Source: Bugula neritina (taxonomy: Eukaryota; Animalia; Bryozoa). From it: a stretch of DNA of 64,000 nucleotides. This document shows positions 52,201-64,000 of the stretch, piece after piece (position 1 is the stretch's first letter; each line of letters begins with the position of its first letter). Location of the stretch: NCBI GenBank assembly GCA_964035545.1, contig OZ037771.1, positions 13,887,133 through 13,951,132 on the forward strand. Direction: 5' to 3'. Both the position numbers and the translations under genes were made by a program. Under the pieces are notes generated by a model. That model made no database searches. It had not been told where the DNA came from and saw nothing but the letters and a program-made list of their open reading frames with translations.

Positions 52201-55200
52201 TTACTCGTATCGTATTTAAAAAAGAATTTGGTGACGAGTTAAGTTCTGTTTATACCTTCCCAATTTTCGGTCAGAAATTCAATTTGGCCAGTTGAAGTTT
52301 TACCGAATAGCATTGCATTGTAAAGGGCACTCATCAAAAATTTTGAATTGTGATAACTAAATAGCAAGCAAAGGGAATGATAACTCCTTGTATATGTCGG
52401 TATTCATGTTTATAATTATATTAGCTACCTTTCTCAATTATGGCTTTTATGCTGTCAACTCAACTAAGTCATTGCATTTTCAACGGGCATCAAATAGCTA
52501 TTAGAAAGTGAGCTTTTGCATTAATATGATTTCAACGATTTTCAGTAAGACTATAAAGGGGTACTCGGACAAGCGAAATTAACTGAAACTCGAAACTTTT
52601 TTCAGCAAAGGTATAAACGCAACTTTATCTGCTGTTTAGTTTTACTTTGTAAACTGTGCAGAGAAAGAGTTGGAGGCTGTGCAGAAGGCGTTGCAGCAGG
52701 ATGACTACCACTATAGTGATATCAAGAGTGACTTCTACAACTCCAGGTGAGACTCTTCTCACTGAGTGACTGGTTTATAGTCAGTAGTTAACTCAAAGTC
52801 TGGGTTTTTATCCTCAAGGGGTGTAGAGCAGCTTTTTATGAAGTTGTGAAGCATCAGTTTTACAAACTTGGCTATTTTAGATAAACTACTGTCTTGTGCT
52901 GATGAATCTTTACTTACTTTTTAAAGAATCAGTTGAAATTTCCTGCAGACTGCATCAATTTAGTGAGTGAACTTTGCATCAATGAAAATCCCACTATTGA
53001 ATTTAATTATCTAATAAGTTTTATTTGTGATTTTCTTTATCTTTTATATTACTCTATATTATATATTACTCTATATTATATATTACTTTATATTATATAT
53101 CACTCTATATTATATATTACTCTGTATTATATATTACTCTAATTTATATATTACTCTATATTATATATTACTCTGTATTATGGGGTAATATATCATATGC
53201 TTACTTTATATTTCATATTATTGCATATTTTATATTATATATTATTTTCCCTGTATGCTTTATAACCTAGTTTCATATCTGCTGTAGAGAGAAGTTGTTG
53301 AAGGAGAAAGCCCTCCTCTCTAAACGTCACAGACAGATGGTGTATGAGCTCAGTCTTATTTATCCAATCAACCAGGTCAGTCTTTAGAGAGTTCCTCATT
53401 TTATCTAGTTTGATTTCTCTTTTGAAGACATTCAGTTATCTGATGATAGAATCACAGGCTATTTGTACTTAGTGTTTAGTTACTTAATAAAAGAAATGTT
53501 TTAATTCAAGCCTACATGTCTAACAAGAGTCTTGAAATAATGTATTGAATTTCTAAGAATTTAAATTAAATTTATTATTTAGAAATAGGTATGCATAATT
53601 CAAGACTGAAAATGTCTGACGTATATTCAGTACTCCAAAGTCTAAAGAGCACTAACTAGAGACTGTGTGACGTGTATTCAGTACTCCAGGGTCTAAAGAG
53701 CACTAACTAGAGACTGGTTTCTGTTACAGACAGTGAACGGCAGGTATACTATAGCAGGAGTCTGTCTACCAGATCCCGAGATTGTTAACAGTCAGAACGA
53801 GCTCGCCTGCAGCACGGCACTCGGTCACTGCTGTCATCTCGTCATCATGCTCTCACAGTTTCTGGAATTCCCTTTAGAATACCCGCTGGAGTACCGGGGT
53901 TCAAGGTCGTTAGTGTACGACAACCTTCGCCCTCAGCCACCTTCACAGAAAGATCGGTCGTGAGTTGTAAAATTAGTTGGTTTTTAATTTAACATGTGGT
54001 TGATTACATAATTCCTTTCTTCTTAAATTTTAGTGTGGACTATAATTTAGCTGATTTTATTTATTTTAGATCAATGTTAATAAAAACATTAATAGTGCAA
54101 AAATAGTATCTTCAATCTATTATATTTTATCTTATTTTAAATACAAAGCCTGCTTCAGTTTTACACATATCTATCACCTAGTTAATGCAAGTTATGTTCG
54201 TATATGACACTTGCTGCAGGTACTCTTTATATACTTGACACTAGCTGCAGGTACCCTTTAAATACTTGACACTAGCTGCAATATCCTATATACTTATGAC
54301 ACATGCTGCAGGTACCCTCTATACTTATGACACATGCTGCAGGTACCCTCTATACTTATGACACATGCTGCAGGTACCCTCTATACTTATGACACATGCT
54401 GCAGGTACCCTCTATGCTTATGACACATGCTGCAGGTACCCTCTATACTTATGACACTTGCTGCAGATACCCTCTATACTTATGGCACATGCTGCAGGTA
54501 CCCTCTATACTTATGACACATGCTGCAGGTACCCTCTATACTTATGACACATGCTGCAGGTACCCTCTATACTTATGACACATGCTGCAGGTACCCTCTA
54601 TACTTATGACACATGCTGCAGGTACCCTCTATACTTATGACACATGCTGCAGGTACCCTCTATACTTATGACACATGCTGCAGGTACCCTCTATACTTAT
54701 GACACATGCTGCAGGTACCCTCTATACAGCAGAGGGAAAGACAAGAAGCTCTTCCTACACGCCACCTTCTTGTTAAACAGAAACATAGAAAACCTCCGCT
54801 ACTCTCAGGACCTCCACACTAAAGATCCCAAACTCACTCTACGCAACCTCAAGGACCTTTTCGAGAAAAAGTTTGGCGTTGGGTTGGTCTTATGAATTAT
54901 CTCATCATGACAGTCATTGCTGTGCTGGTGTTTGATCCATGTCCAAAGAAAGTAAATGTTCAGCAAAGTTACTTTCTGTGGTTGACCTCAGATTGTTGTA
55001 ATTTCAGTTCGTCTCCGCAGAAAGTGAATGAACCCTTATCCCCGCCCCTTCCTATTCGGAGAGTGGACTCTGTTCCATCATTATTGCGTCGTAAATCTCT
55101 GCCAGGTAAATAATAACCAATAAACTTTATCTCATATTAATCAATAGTTTATACAGTAAAATATATATGAATATTATGATCCACTGTATTGTTGAACTTG

Positions 55201-55486
55201 TTGATGTTTAGCCCTAGAGCAACACAGAAGCCTTGTGAACTGGTCTGGGTTGAACTCGCCTCGCAGTGCAGACGTTTCTAGTGATGAGTCAGTCGATGGC
55301 AACCTGCTCACACCTGCTAGCAATGACAAGGGTTCAGCTGATGAGGTCTCAGCCAATAGCAATAGAGAAACAAACACATTAGCCAATAGCGTGACACTTG
55401 ACTCACATACGAACGAGACTTTAGAATCTAGAGATGAAGTTGATTATAACACTCATCTTGAAAATACGGCAAAGACTCTCTCCTAA
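49273..55486 (+). CDS. UVRAG: UV radiation resistance-associated protein (Vps38; class III PI3K complex II)
   Basis: PRVRHLTSLSVKN..SYFTLH (49633-), EFYKSE..VNFSW (~49977-), LARLQTLLRALKQ, coiled coil, MVYELSLIYPI (~53288-), YTIAGVCLP..STALGHCCHLVIMLSQFLEFPLEYP (53730-), YPLYSRGK..FLLNRNIENLR..TLRNLK (54715-); stop at 55486. Confidence 0.93.
51485..51606 (+). repeat. 30-nt minisatellite repeating the G|GTAAGA donor
   Basis: Unit GGTAAGAAATGTTCAGCCTATCATAGAGA(A/G), 3 copies after the used donor AAG|gtaaga at 51491. Confidence 0.88.
51770..51952 (+). mobile_element. tRNA-derived SINE, copy D (anticodon arm deleted)
   Basis: AGAGCAGC..GTCTAAGGGTT joined directly to GTGGGTTC; shared body. Confidence 0.82.
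53617..53716 (+). repeat. 51-nt tandem duplication upstream of an acceptor
   Basis: GACGT(A/G)TATTCAGTACTCCA..GTCTAAAGAGCACTAACTAGAGACTG present twice. Confidence 0.85.
54203..54727 (+). repeat. 31-nt minisatellite of acceptor + first 13 exon nt (~16-17 copies)
   Basis: Unit GACACATGCTGCAG|GTACCCTCTATACTTAT; the last copy is the used acceptor (exon starts 54715). Confidence 0.97.
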
Positions 55487-56548
55487 TATTCAGTTGGCTG
55501 TATTAACATGCGAGATGTGGAACAACCCTATAGTTATACTACATATATGTATATATACCTGATTTTCTAGTCCTAAGATACTGCATTTTAACCAAATATT
55601 ACTTAATGTACGTTTACTAATAGAAAAATGATATTAATTTTTATCTAGTTTTATTGTAAAGTATTTTTTTCAAACATGACTTCTGCGTTGATTAATCTTC
55701 AGCCAATCAGAAACTGGTGTCACCATTTGTAAGCTGTTTAGTGAATCCAGTAGAAAATATTCAGAGTTGTGTGCTCTTTCCCTGACAGGTTTGTATAGCC
55801 TCTAAGCTCCCATTAAAGGCTTGTCAACATTTCAACACTACAAAGAATAAAATATATACAATGTATTGAACACACGGCAATAGGTTTTGCCAACAACTGT
55901 CTCTAAATGTTGACTGTATGTCAAAATATAAAAATATTCTAAATTTAGTGACTTTAAAACGCTTTTACAATAATATAGTTATACATAAGCAAAATTAAAT
56001 GCACCGGAATGTTGAACAATTTAATACAAGTGTGAAATATCGTGTAAGTATTTTAACACATTCATGACACTACAAGCCGTTTCAAATTGGTTATTGGATT
56101 CAGAACTTAATGACCCGTTATAATAGCATTTGATATGAATATTTAAAATATGTGTATTATAAATTGACCTCCTTGTACCATAAAAGATAATTTGTATAAT
56201 CTATACTATATCATTTTTATGTAATACAACCAATATTGTAGAAATCGAGTACTACTATAGCTTCTGTGTGTCCTCAAACATGAATAAAATCAAATATCCG
56301 TCTAATATCCGTCTAATACCGAAAAGGGTGTTGCAATTTTAATTCGTTATTTATATCTCAATTATTTAAAGAGATTATATAATCTTTAGGTTTACTGACG
56401 AGTTACATGTTTCGTGACAAGAGTTGGAATAAAACGGTAACTTTTGAAACAATTAATGCTGACACCTAATCAGTAATCATTGTTCATGTGTTTTATATTA
56501 AACTGGGAATGTCTAAAGTCCTTGACCTCAATCATCTAGCCTTAAAAC

Positions 56549-59500
56549 CTACACTAAAAGTACTTCGTCGGGTGTTTTCTTCTTGGTCTGTCGTTCTGAC
56601 GCCCTCCAAACAATCAGAGCCAACACTGAGGCTATAAATGAAAGACTACCCGCGAGCAAGAAAGAGTATGTGTAGGTCCCTGATCTATCCACCAGCCAGC
56701 CTAGTAAACACATGAGAGCTATGGCTACAGGTTGTAGGACTGCCAGTATACATCTTATTAATTTGCAGTTAATCTTTCAAAATGCACTTATAGCTTAAAA
56801 TTCAGGAGCTTATGGAGAAAAAGTTTTATTCAGCATAATAGGATTTAAAGATGGCTAAGATGTTTCGATGAGACAAAAATTGTTACACTTTTACATCTTG
56901 ATAATCCAATTATTATAGATGTTATGTGGAATTGTTAACTGATGGTAAAGTTCACTAAGCTACCACAATCTACACACACATATATATATATAGTATATAT
57001 TGGAAGCTGTTTTACCTGCTATGGGAGGTCCACTAAGACTACCCAATGCACACAGGAAGTTCATAACTCCCATAGTATTTGATAGGTTAGACTCGCCTAG
57101 CAAGTTAGTGAGTAAGGCCGGCCATACCGCGCCCCCAGTTGAGCTATGAACTATGCCGGCAAGGATACTAAAGCAACACATATGGGAATATCAAAATAAG
57201 CATGTTTTACGGTTTATAAGCACTTCACATATACACAGAGGTTCTGATTGATGGTTTAAAAGTATGAGGATTTCAAGAGAAGATAACTATGTGTGCCGAG
57301 GAAATAGTAAAGTAAGATAATGATTTTTTATTTACAACTAGATACACTTCAAAACAAACTAATAAAGTTTGGATGATTACAGCCTTCGAAATGATGTTCA
57401 CACACATGCATGCTCGCGCGCACACGCACACACACACACACACTCTCACACACACACACGCACGCACACACGCACGCACACACACACACACACCTGTATA
57501 TGATGAGCCCTGAAAAGCTGTGAATGAAAGGGAGGCTGACTGTCAGTACGCCGATGATGAAGCTGGCGGTAAATGTGACGGCGAATGGCGGCACATTCTT
57601 TGATATCAGAGCACCATAGACGAGTCGGGAGGGCATTCCTTGAACACATAGACATAGATATTTCTTGAACACATAGATATTAATTCTTGAACACATAGAC
57701 ATAGATATTTCTTGAACACATAGACATAGATATTTCTTGAACACATAGACATAGATATTTCTTGAACACATAGACATAGATATTTCTTGAACACATAGAC
57801 ATAGATATTCCTTGAACACATAGACATAGATATTCCTTGAACACATAGACATAGATATTCCTTGAACACATAGACATAGATATTCCTTGAACACATAGAC
57901 ATAGATATTCCTTGAACACATAGACATAGATATTTCTTGAACACATAGACATACATATTCCTTGAACACATATAGACATACATATTCCTTGGACACATAG
58001 ACATAGATATTCCTTGAACACATAGACATAGATATTTCTTGAACACATAGACATAGATATTTCTTGAACACATATAGACATAGATATCTTTTGAACACAT
58101 AGACATACATATTCCTTGGACACATAGACATAGATATTCCTTGAACACATAGACATAGGTATTCCTTAAACACATAGACATAGATATTCCTTAAACACAT
58201 AGACATAGATATTCCTTGAACACATAGACATAGATATTCCTTGAACACATAGACATAGATATTCCTTGAACACATAGACATAGATATTCCTTGAACACAT
58301 AGACATAGATATCCCTTGGACACATAGACATAGATATTCCTTGAACACATAGACATAGATATTTCTTGAACACATAGACATAGATATCTTTTGAACACAT
58401 AGACATAGATATTCCTTGAACACATAGACATAGATATTCCTTGGACACATAGACATAGATATTTCTTGAACACATAGACATAGATATTCCTTGGACACAT
58501 AGACATAGATATTCCTTGAACACATAGACATAGATATTTCTTGAACACATAGACATAGATATTTCTTGAACACATAGACATAGATATTCCTTGAACACAT
58601 AGACATAGATATCTCTTGAACACATAGACATAGATATTTCTTGAACACATAGACATAGATATTTCTTGAACACATAGACATAGATATTTCTTGAACACAT
58701 AGACATAGATATCTTTTGAACACATAGACATAGATATTCCTTGAACATATAGACATAGATATCTCTTGAACACATAGACTGTGTATCGTGTTTAGAAATG
58801 AGTATGGGATTAATTACACTCTATTTAGAGTTGTCTACCCACCCATAACACCGAAGATAGACAAGAGCATAGCGGCCTGGGCTGACGAGAATTGTGCATA
58901 GAGCTGGGTGTAAGCTGACAGGTGAATGACTATGATGGAATTTGTAAAGCTGATGAAAGCGCTGGCGGCACAGAGAGCAAGAAATCCCTTGTGCTGGAAT
59001 ATCTTCCAATTCATTACAGTGATATTAGACGCGCTGAAAGTAATAGGTGTGACAAGCTATTGAATGTATTGGAATACTTATATAGAACTATTGCAAATCA
59101 GAACTAATTCCTCAATAATTCAAGTTAATTTTGTGTCTAAAGTTAGAATCTGTAGTAAAGAGTTTCCAGCTAACAAGGGTAAACTTGTGTATACTGTAAA
59201 GGAATCTTAAGTGGTGTGTTTTGTCATTCTATATTATTACAGACAATATGATTAGGAAAGAAAGGTGACAGGTTTTTAGGTTAGGTTTGTTTCATCTATG
59301 ATTACACAAAATGGTGTTGTCAAATGACGATTTTACTACAGTCTCTAAATTTTAGTTTATTTTGTTAAAAGTTAGTTAGTTTTCATAAAAAATAAGTTTA
59401 TATTCCTTACAGTTATATATATATATATATATATTTTTAATAACTTTTTTTAAAAATCTTCACATAGGAATCTTAAATATTAACCAATAAATTATCATAT

Positions 59501-62192
59501 AGAAATGAAAGAAACAGATGCTCTCTGGTGAATAGAAAAGCTAATGTCATGTTAATATTTTCACCATCATTACTCTAATTTTTTCCTATTTATGTAAAGA
59601 GACAATATCAAAACAGCTTTATCATCCATGCAATAATAATATTGTATACACTAGTTAATGGATTACCTCCCATGTACACACATCAATGGCAAGTTTCTAC
59701 TCTCTTTGAAGGGACGTAGAAGTAAACCCAGACAGCCGATATTCAGTACGATGGCCCCACATATAAGGAGACTTCCTCTCCAGCTGTAAGACTCAATCAA
59801 ACGCTCCACCAAGATGGGACCAATAAATATTCCTGCAAATAGAATGCCAAAAGTTGCGGTCTGTACATGAAATTGTTGAAAGAAAAGTAATATGAATATG
59901 GAATGTTTAGGTGTACAACTTGTAGTTTATGTATGACTCTAACATGAGCAAATAAGAACTGAAAATTAGTCATTACACTTGATCATTATAATCTTTTGGT
60001 TCTTTAATTTGTAAAAGCACTTTTATGTTGCAATCAGTTATCCAACAAAAGTAATTGTTACAAAATGTTATATCTTTAAATGAGTAAGAATTATGCTTTT
60101 AGGTGAAACCATCAACTGATGATTCTACAGTGTAATTGCATAGATTAATTATGTTAGTTATACCAGATTCAAAACGTCGAATAAGTTGAATTCACACTGT
60201 ATTTTGACCCAAAACTGACAACACAGATTGTAAAATACTTAAGAAAATTCGTTTTAACTATGTTTACAATTATAAAAACTTGAATAAACCTAGAAAGTTT
60301 GAAATAACAACGTATTATTACCAGTCTCATATTACCAGGACATGACCCATACAAGGGCTGACAGCTACCATAGTATGTACCTACCAAAGGATGAGCCAGA
60401 TGAAGCGATGGATTGCGCAATATGTTTCCACTTGTCAAAGTACGTGGACACTGAAACCACTATTGGTATGATGGTTATTCCTAGACCAAGCCCTGCATGT
60501 GTAAAATACAAAATATCACTATCCTTTAACGTTTAATGCATATTGGCCTATGTATGTTGAAATCATAAAAATTCTCAAGTGGGTCTATAGTTACCATCCC
60601 TGTGAAAAACTCAGATGGAAAAGTTTTTTTAAACAGGCCAAGAACTTTATTGTGGCAATGGAATAACTATAATTGCATATTCTTCCTAACATCACTAATG
60701 GCTTTTACTGTGGTTTAAACCTATAACCTTGTGTTTACTAAGGCTAGGGCCACACTGTGCGTATTTTCGCTTTCATTTTTAAATCGCACTCGCTTTCAAT
60801 AAAACGCAATTTACTGGAATGTAGCATTAAAATAAAAAAATTGGGCTCGCTGAATAACTACCAGCCAATTAGGTGACGACGACAGAGACAGAGAATGCTG
60901 AGCGACAAGTGCGAATGTTTTCTCAACGCATACAGTGGACACCTTTGCTACTTGTGATTTCAATTTTCGCATGCGAAAACACTCACAGTGTGGCCCTAGG
61001 CTAAGCTGGCGCTCTAACCGCTAAACCACAGCTGCTCTCTTTTGAAATCATAAAATATGAATCAAACAAAAAATAAAAATTTATTTTCTCCTGCATAATT
61101 GAACTAATAATGGTGAAATTTGATATGGGGAGTTATATTACACACCTCAGCTTTAAATGTCAATTACATTCCACAGGGAAGCCACAAATTAGAGAATCTG
61201 GTAGCCAAATTTCAAATAATAAAAGTTACATAACTTTCTCAACATTTCTACCTTAACAGTATATATACCTGAGATTACTCCGTATGTTCCAAACAGGAAA
61301 TACACATTAGTAGCAAATACGGAGGAGATAAGTCCAAAAGACGTGATGACAGATCCTATGGCACAGGATAACCTAGCACCATATCTGTTTAGCATAGCAC
61401 TGGATAACATGGCTACAATTGTATATGTTATATTATATTACTATAGTATATATATTATATTATATTACTATACAATAGTATATATATATTACATTATATT
61501 ACTACAATAGAATATATTACATTATATTACTATACAACAGTATAATTGTATTATATTACTACATTAGTATACATTACATTATATGGATTCAACAGGATAT
61601 AACCATAGCCTGAGAACATGCATACTAACAGGCGAGGTTTGTGGAGGCTATGAGAGCTGACCCCACCCATGCTGCCATAGCCTTAGAGGTATCTAGCTCT
61701 TTCATCATGTCGATGTAGTAGATACCAGATGAATATACGATGCTGAACACTGTAGCTCTGAGCAGGAATGAGCCTGTGGAATGACAGAGAAAACAGGGTA
61801 AAATTATCTAAGTTAGCATGTTTCAAAACATCTTTAGAGATAGTGCCTAAGAAAACATGCAGGGTCAGCCTATAATTTAGCTATTGAAGTTGCATACATT
61901 TTGGATTCATTTAACGGGTTTGTCAGAAATAAATTGTTAAACCTATGATTTCGGAACATAAAAATAATTAGTTTTAGATGGCATCTCTTGTATGTTGGAG
62001 GTAGAATAACTATTGATGTTTGTAAAAAGCAGTAGATATTCGAACCGTATAAGCTGACAATCATTGTTAATGTTACAGTTATACATGATAATACCATCAA
62101 CATGATTAGAGGGATTACTTACACAGACATATGACGTAGGCATAGCCGTAGTCCTTACGATTCTCAATCAAACACTCTGGATACCACACCAT
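56549..62192 (-). CDS. Monocarboxylate transporter (SLC16/MCT family, MFS), 9 coding exons
   Basis: MVWYPECLIENRKDYGYAYVICL|CSFLLR (equivalent of the DGGWGW motif), AAWVGS, LNRYGAR, YFDKWK, ERLIESYSWRGSLLI.GAI.LN..LLLRP, PSRLVYG, GPPIAG|WLVD.SGTY; stop at 56549-56551. Subfamily not assignable. Confidence 0.92.
57419..57493. repeat. (CA)n/(GT)n microsatellite whose first GT is the MCT donor
   Basis: TAC AG|gtgtgtgt on the minus strand. Confidence 0.9.
57635..58779 (-). repeat. 25-nt minisatellite (~45 copies) whose last copy is the MCT acceptor
   Basis: Sense unit ATCTATGTCTATGTGTTCAAG|(G/A)AAT; exon begins 57638 (GA ATG CCC TCC CGA). Confidence 0.97.
60586..61038 (-). mobile_element. tRNA-derived SINE, copy E (diverged, interrupted)
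   Basis: Head at 61005-61038 and remainder at 60586-60741 align to the other copies. Confidence 0.8.
60742..61001. mobile_element. PIF/Harbinger (Tourist-like) MITE, 260 bp
   Basis: 29-nt TIRs GGCTAGGGCCACACTGTGCGTATTTTCGC / GCGAAAACACTCACAGTGTGGCCCTAGGC (3 mismatches) and TAA duplication at 60739-41 and 61002-04. Confidence 0.88.
61425..61582. repeat. TATATTAC/TACAT low-complexity repeat filling a short MCT intron
   Basis: Directly visible. Confidence 0.75.
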
Positions 62193-64000
62193 CTTGGAGA
62201 GATTCGTGGAGAGACAGGAGACCCAGGTGAGAGAGAACTGCTACTAGCACCGATTTTAGAGTTTATTATATTTAGCAAGAATTTGTTATTACTCTACTTC
62301 CAACAATCTTCATCATGTAGCACAGCATAACGTAACAATTGTTTTAATATTTGTTGGGACATTCCAACAGCATTGAAAGCGTTTGTTACATTATGTTACT
62401 AATATGCAAGCACACACTATTAAGCTTTATTTGGAGTTTTATAGCTATGTAAGCTATTTTATGCTTTTCTGTATTTTGTATAACACAGCTTATAGTTACC
62501 GCAAAAAATCTAACTTTTAGACTATTACATAAACCCAGCACTTAATGTCATTCATTCTTTTGTGGTCAATGCATCTCTATTAATCTTTCTCATTAATATT
62601 CAACATTATTGGAGGTAAATGGAAATTGTGAGGATAACTTTATTAAGTTGTTTATTTTCACAGGATGTTACAAAATCAGTTCTAGTAAAGACAAAACACA
62701 GATGAGTCATAAATTTCAAAAAAGCTCATGTTTGTGAACTTCACCCAAAGAGATATATTGTCCAAATATAGAATAAACGCAAGTATTTATAAAAACAGCA
62801 TAAATAATTGAAAATATAATTTAGAAACTAACGAGACACGGCAAACAACTAAGCTAATTTTCAGCAGTTACATCTAAATATAGAAATTAAGTAGATGTAT
62901 ATATATAAAGAGAATTTAGAGAAACTTAAAAATACAAACAATGTACTTTGTGATATAAGATTATGGTTACAAATATTAGTTCAGATGTTAGCAAATAAAA
63001 ATGCAGAAAGACATAATATAATAGAAATATATTATATTATACACAAAACACCAGGCATATTTAAAGTTGTTTAACCTGAGGAACTTATTAAAGGCAGTGG
63101 GCACACAACTCCAGGTAATGTAAAAATAGTATCTATTGCAAATGCTGTATTGTAAAACAGTAGAGAAAGTAAATTACTTTCAACTAAATATCCATATTGC
63201 AAATTCTATCAAACCAAACCCTAACCAACATAATGAAGTTAGTAAATAGAATAGCTAACAGCCGTAAAGTTTATATTCTGAATTAGACTGACATTCTATT
63301 TAGTCAATGCATCATAATTATAGACATTAATTTGAATAATAAGTTGAAAAAAATTTAAAAACATAATTTTTAAGAAACTAACAAGCTCGCTGAACCTTTC
63401 ATTCTTCAGTAACAGAAGTGATAGTGGAACAGCCAATCATAACCATTCTACTGTTTGGGTGTCCAATCAAAGCAGCTAATGTATTTCTGGAACAATTTGA
63501 GTTGTGTCTATCCCAGTGTTACTGCAACAAATATATATATTGAATACTTGCAAGGATATAGAATATCTAACTGGAGGAATCGGACTTCTAGTGGAAATAA
63601 GCTCCATTTCCATAAAAACCAAAGAGGAAAGTTTCTATATAGTTGGATACTAAAAGCAGTTTAATCAGAATGCAAGGGTTGTGTGAAACTTTGATAAGGA
63701 AATACCATTACGCTACAGATCTAACAACATATTAGATTGGCTAATGCATTGAGTGTGCAAACGACATTGGACAATTGTTTACAGTCAATAACAATGTCGG
63801 TAACAGCAGAGAAAATCTGTAGCAGCAGAGAAAATATGTAGCAGCATTCAACCACAGATAAATGAGCTTGGTAAGCAGAAATGTTAACCAGAGCCAAGAC
63901 TTGGACAACTCTGGACTCCCCAAACCTTGTTAGATTTACTCAATCAGCCAGACATGGAGTTTACTAATAGAAGCCCTTAGCCAATCAAGAGTGAGGTAGG

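Noticed and set aside
52225-52500. Possible MITE in a UVRAG intron
   Set aside because: Only weak terminal complementarity and no TSD.
57349-58775. 474-aa and overlapping ORFs as a standalone Cys-rich gene
   Set aside because: Product of a nearly stop-free 25-nt repeat running into an MCT exon; no independent gene structure.
63380-64000. Possible terminal exons of a neighbouring gene
   Set aside because: Composition looks exon-like, but I could not build a consistent frame or recognise a product within the window.

Overview
AT-rich, intron-dense invertebrate (probably lophotrochozoan) nuclear DNA; no prokaryotic features. Manual exon joining supports, left to right: AASDH/ACSF4 (minus, runs off the left edge); OCIAD1/asrij-like (minus), head-to-head with SUCLA2 (plus); a small unknown minus-strand gene; a large minus-strand IQ-motif/EF-hand-like gene, head-to-head with UVRAG (plus); and a compact SLC16/MCT transporter (minus). 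Five copies of a tRNA-Thr-derived SINE (one split by a PIF/Harbinger-type MITE) and two other inverted-repeat elements are present. The most striking pattern is that many intronic minisatellites sit exactly on splice junctions. Their repeat unit contains the splice site plus adjacent exon bases, often as AG|GT, giving arrays of 2 to ~45 decoy donors or acceptors. A second pattern is a 6-nt-periodic A(G/C)T-rich sequence near the 5' ends of several genes. Exon boundaries were derived by hand and may be off by a few bases.
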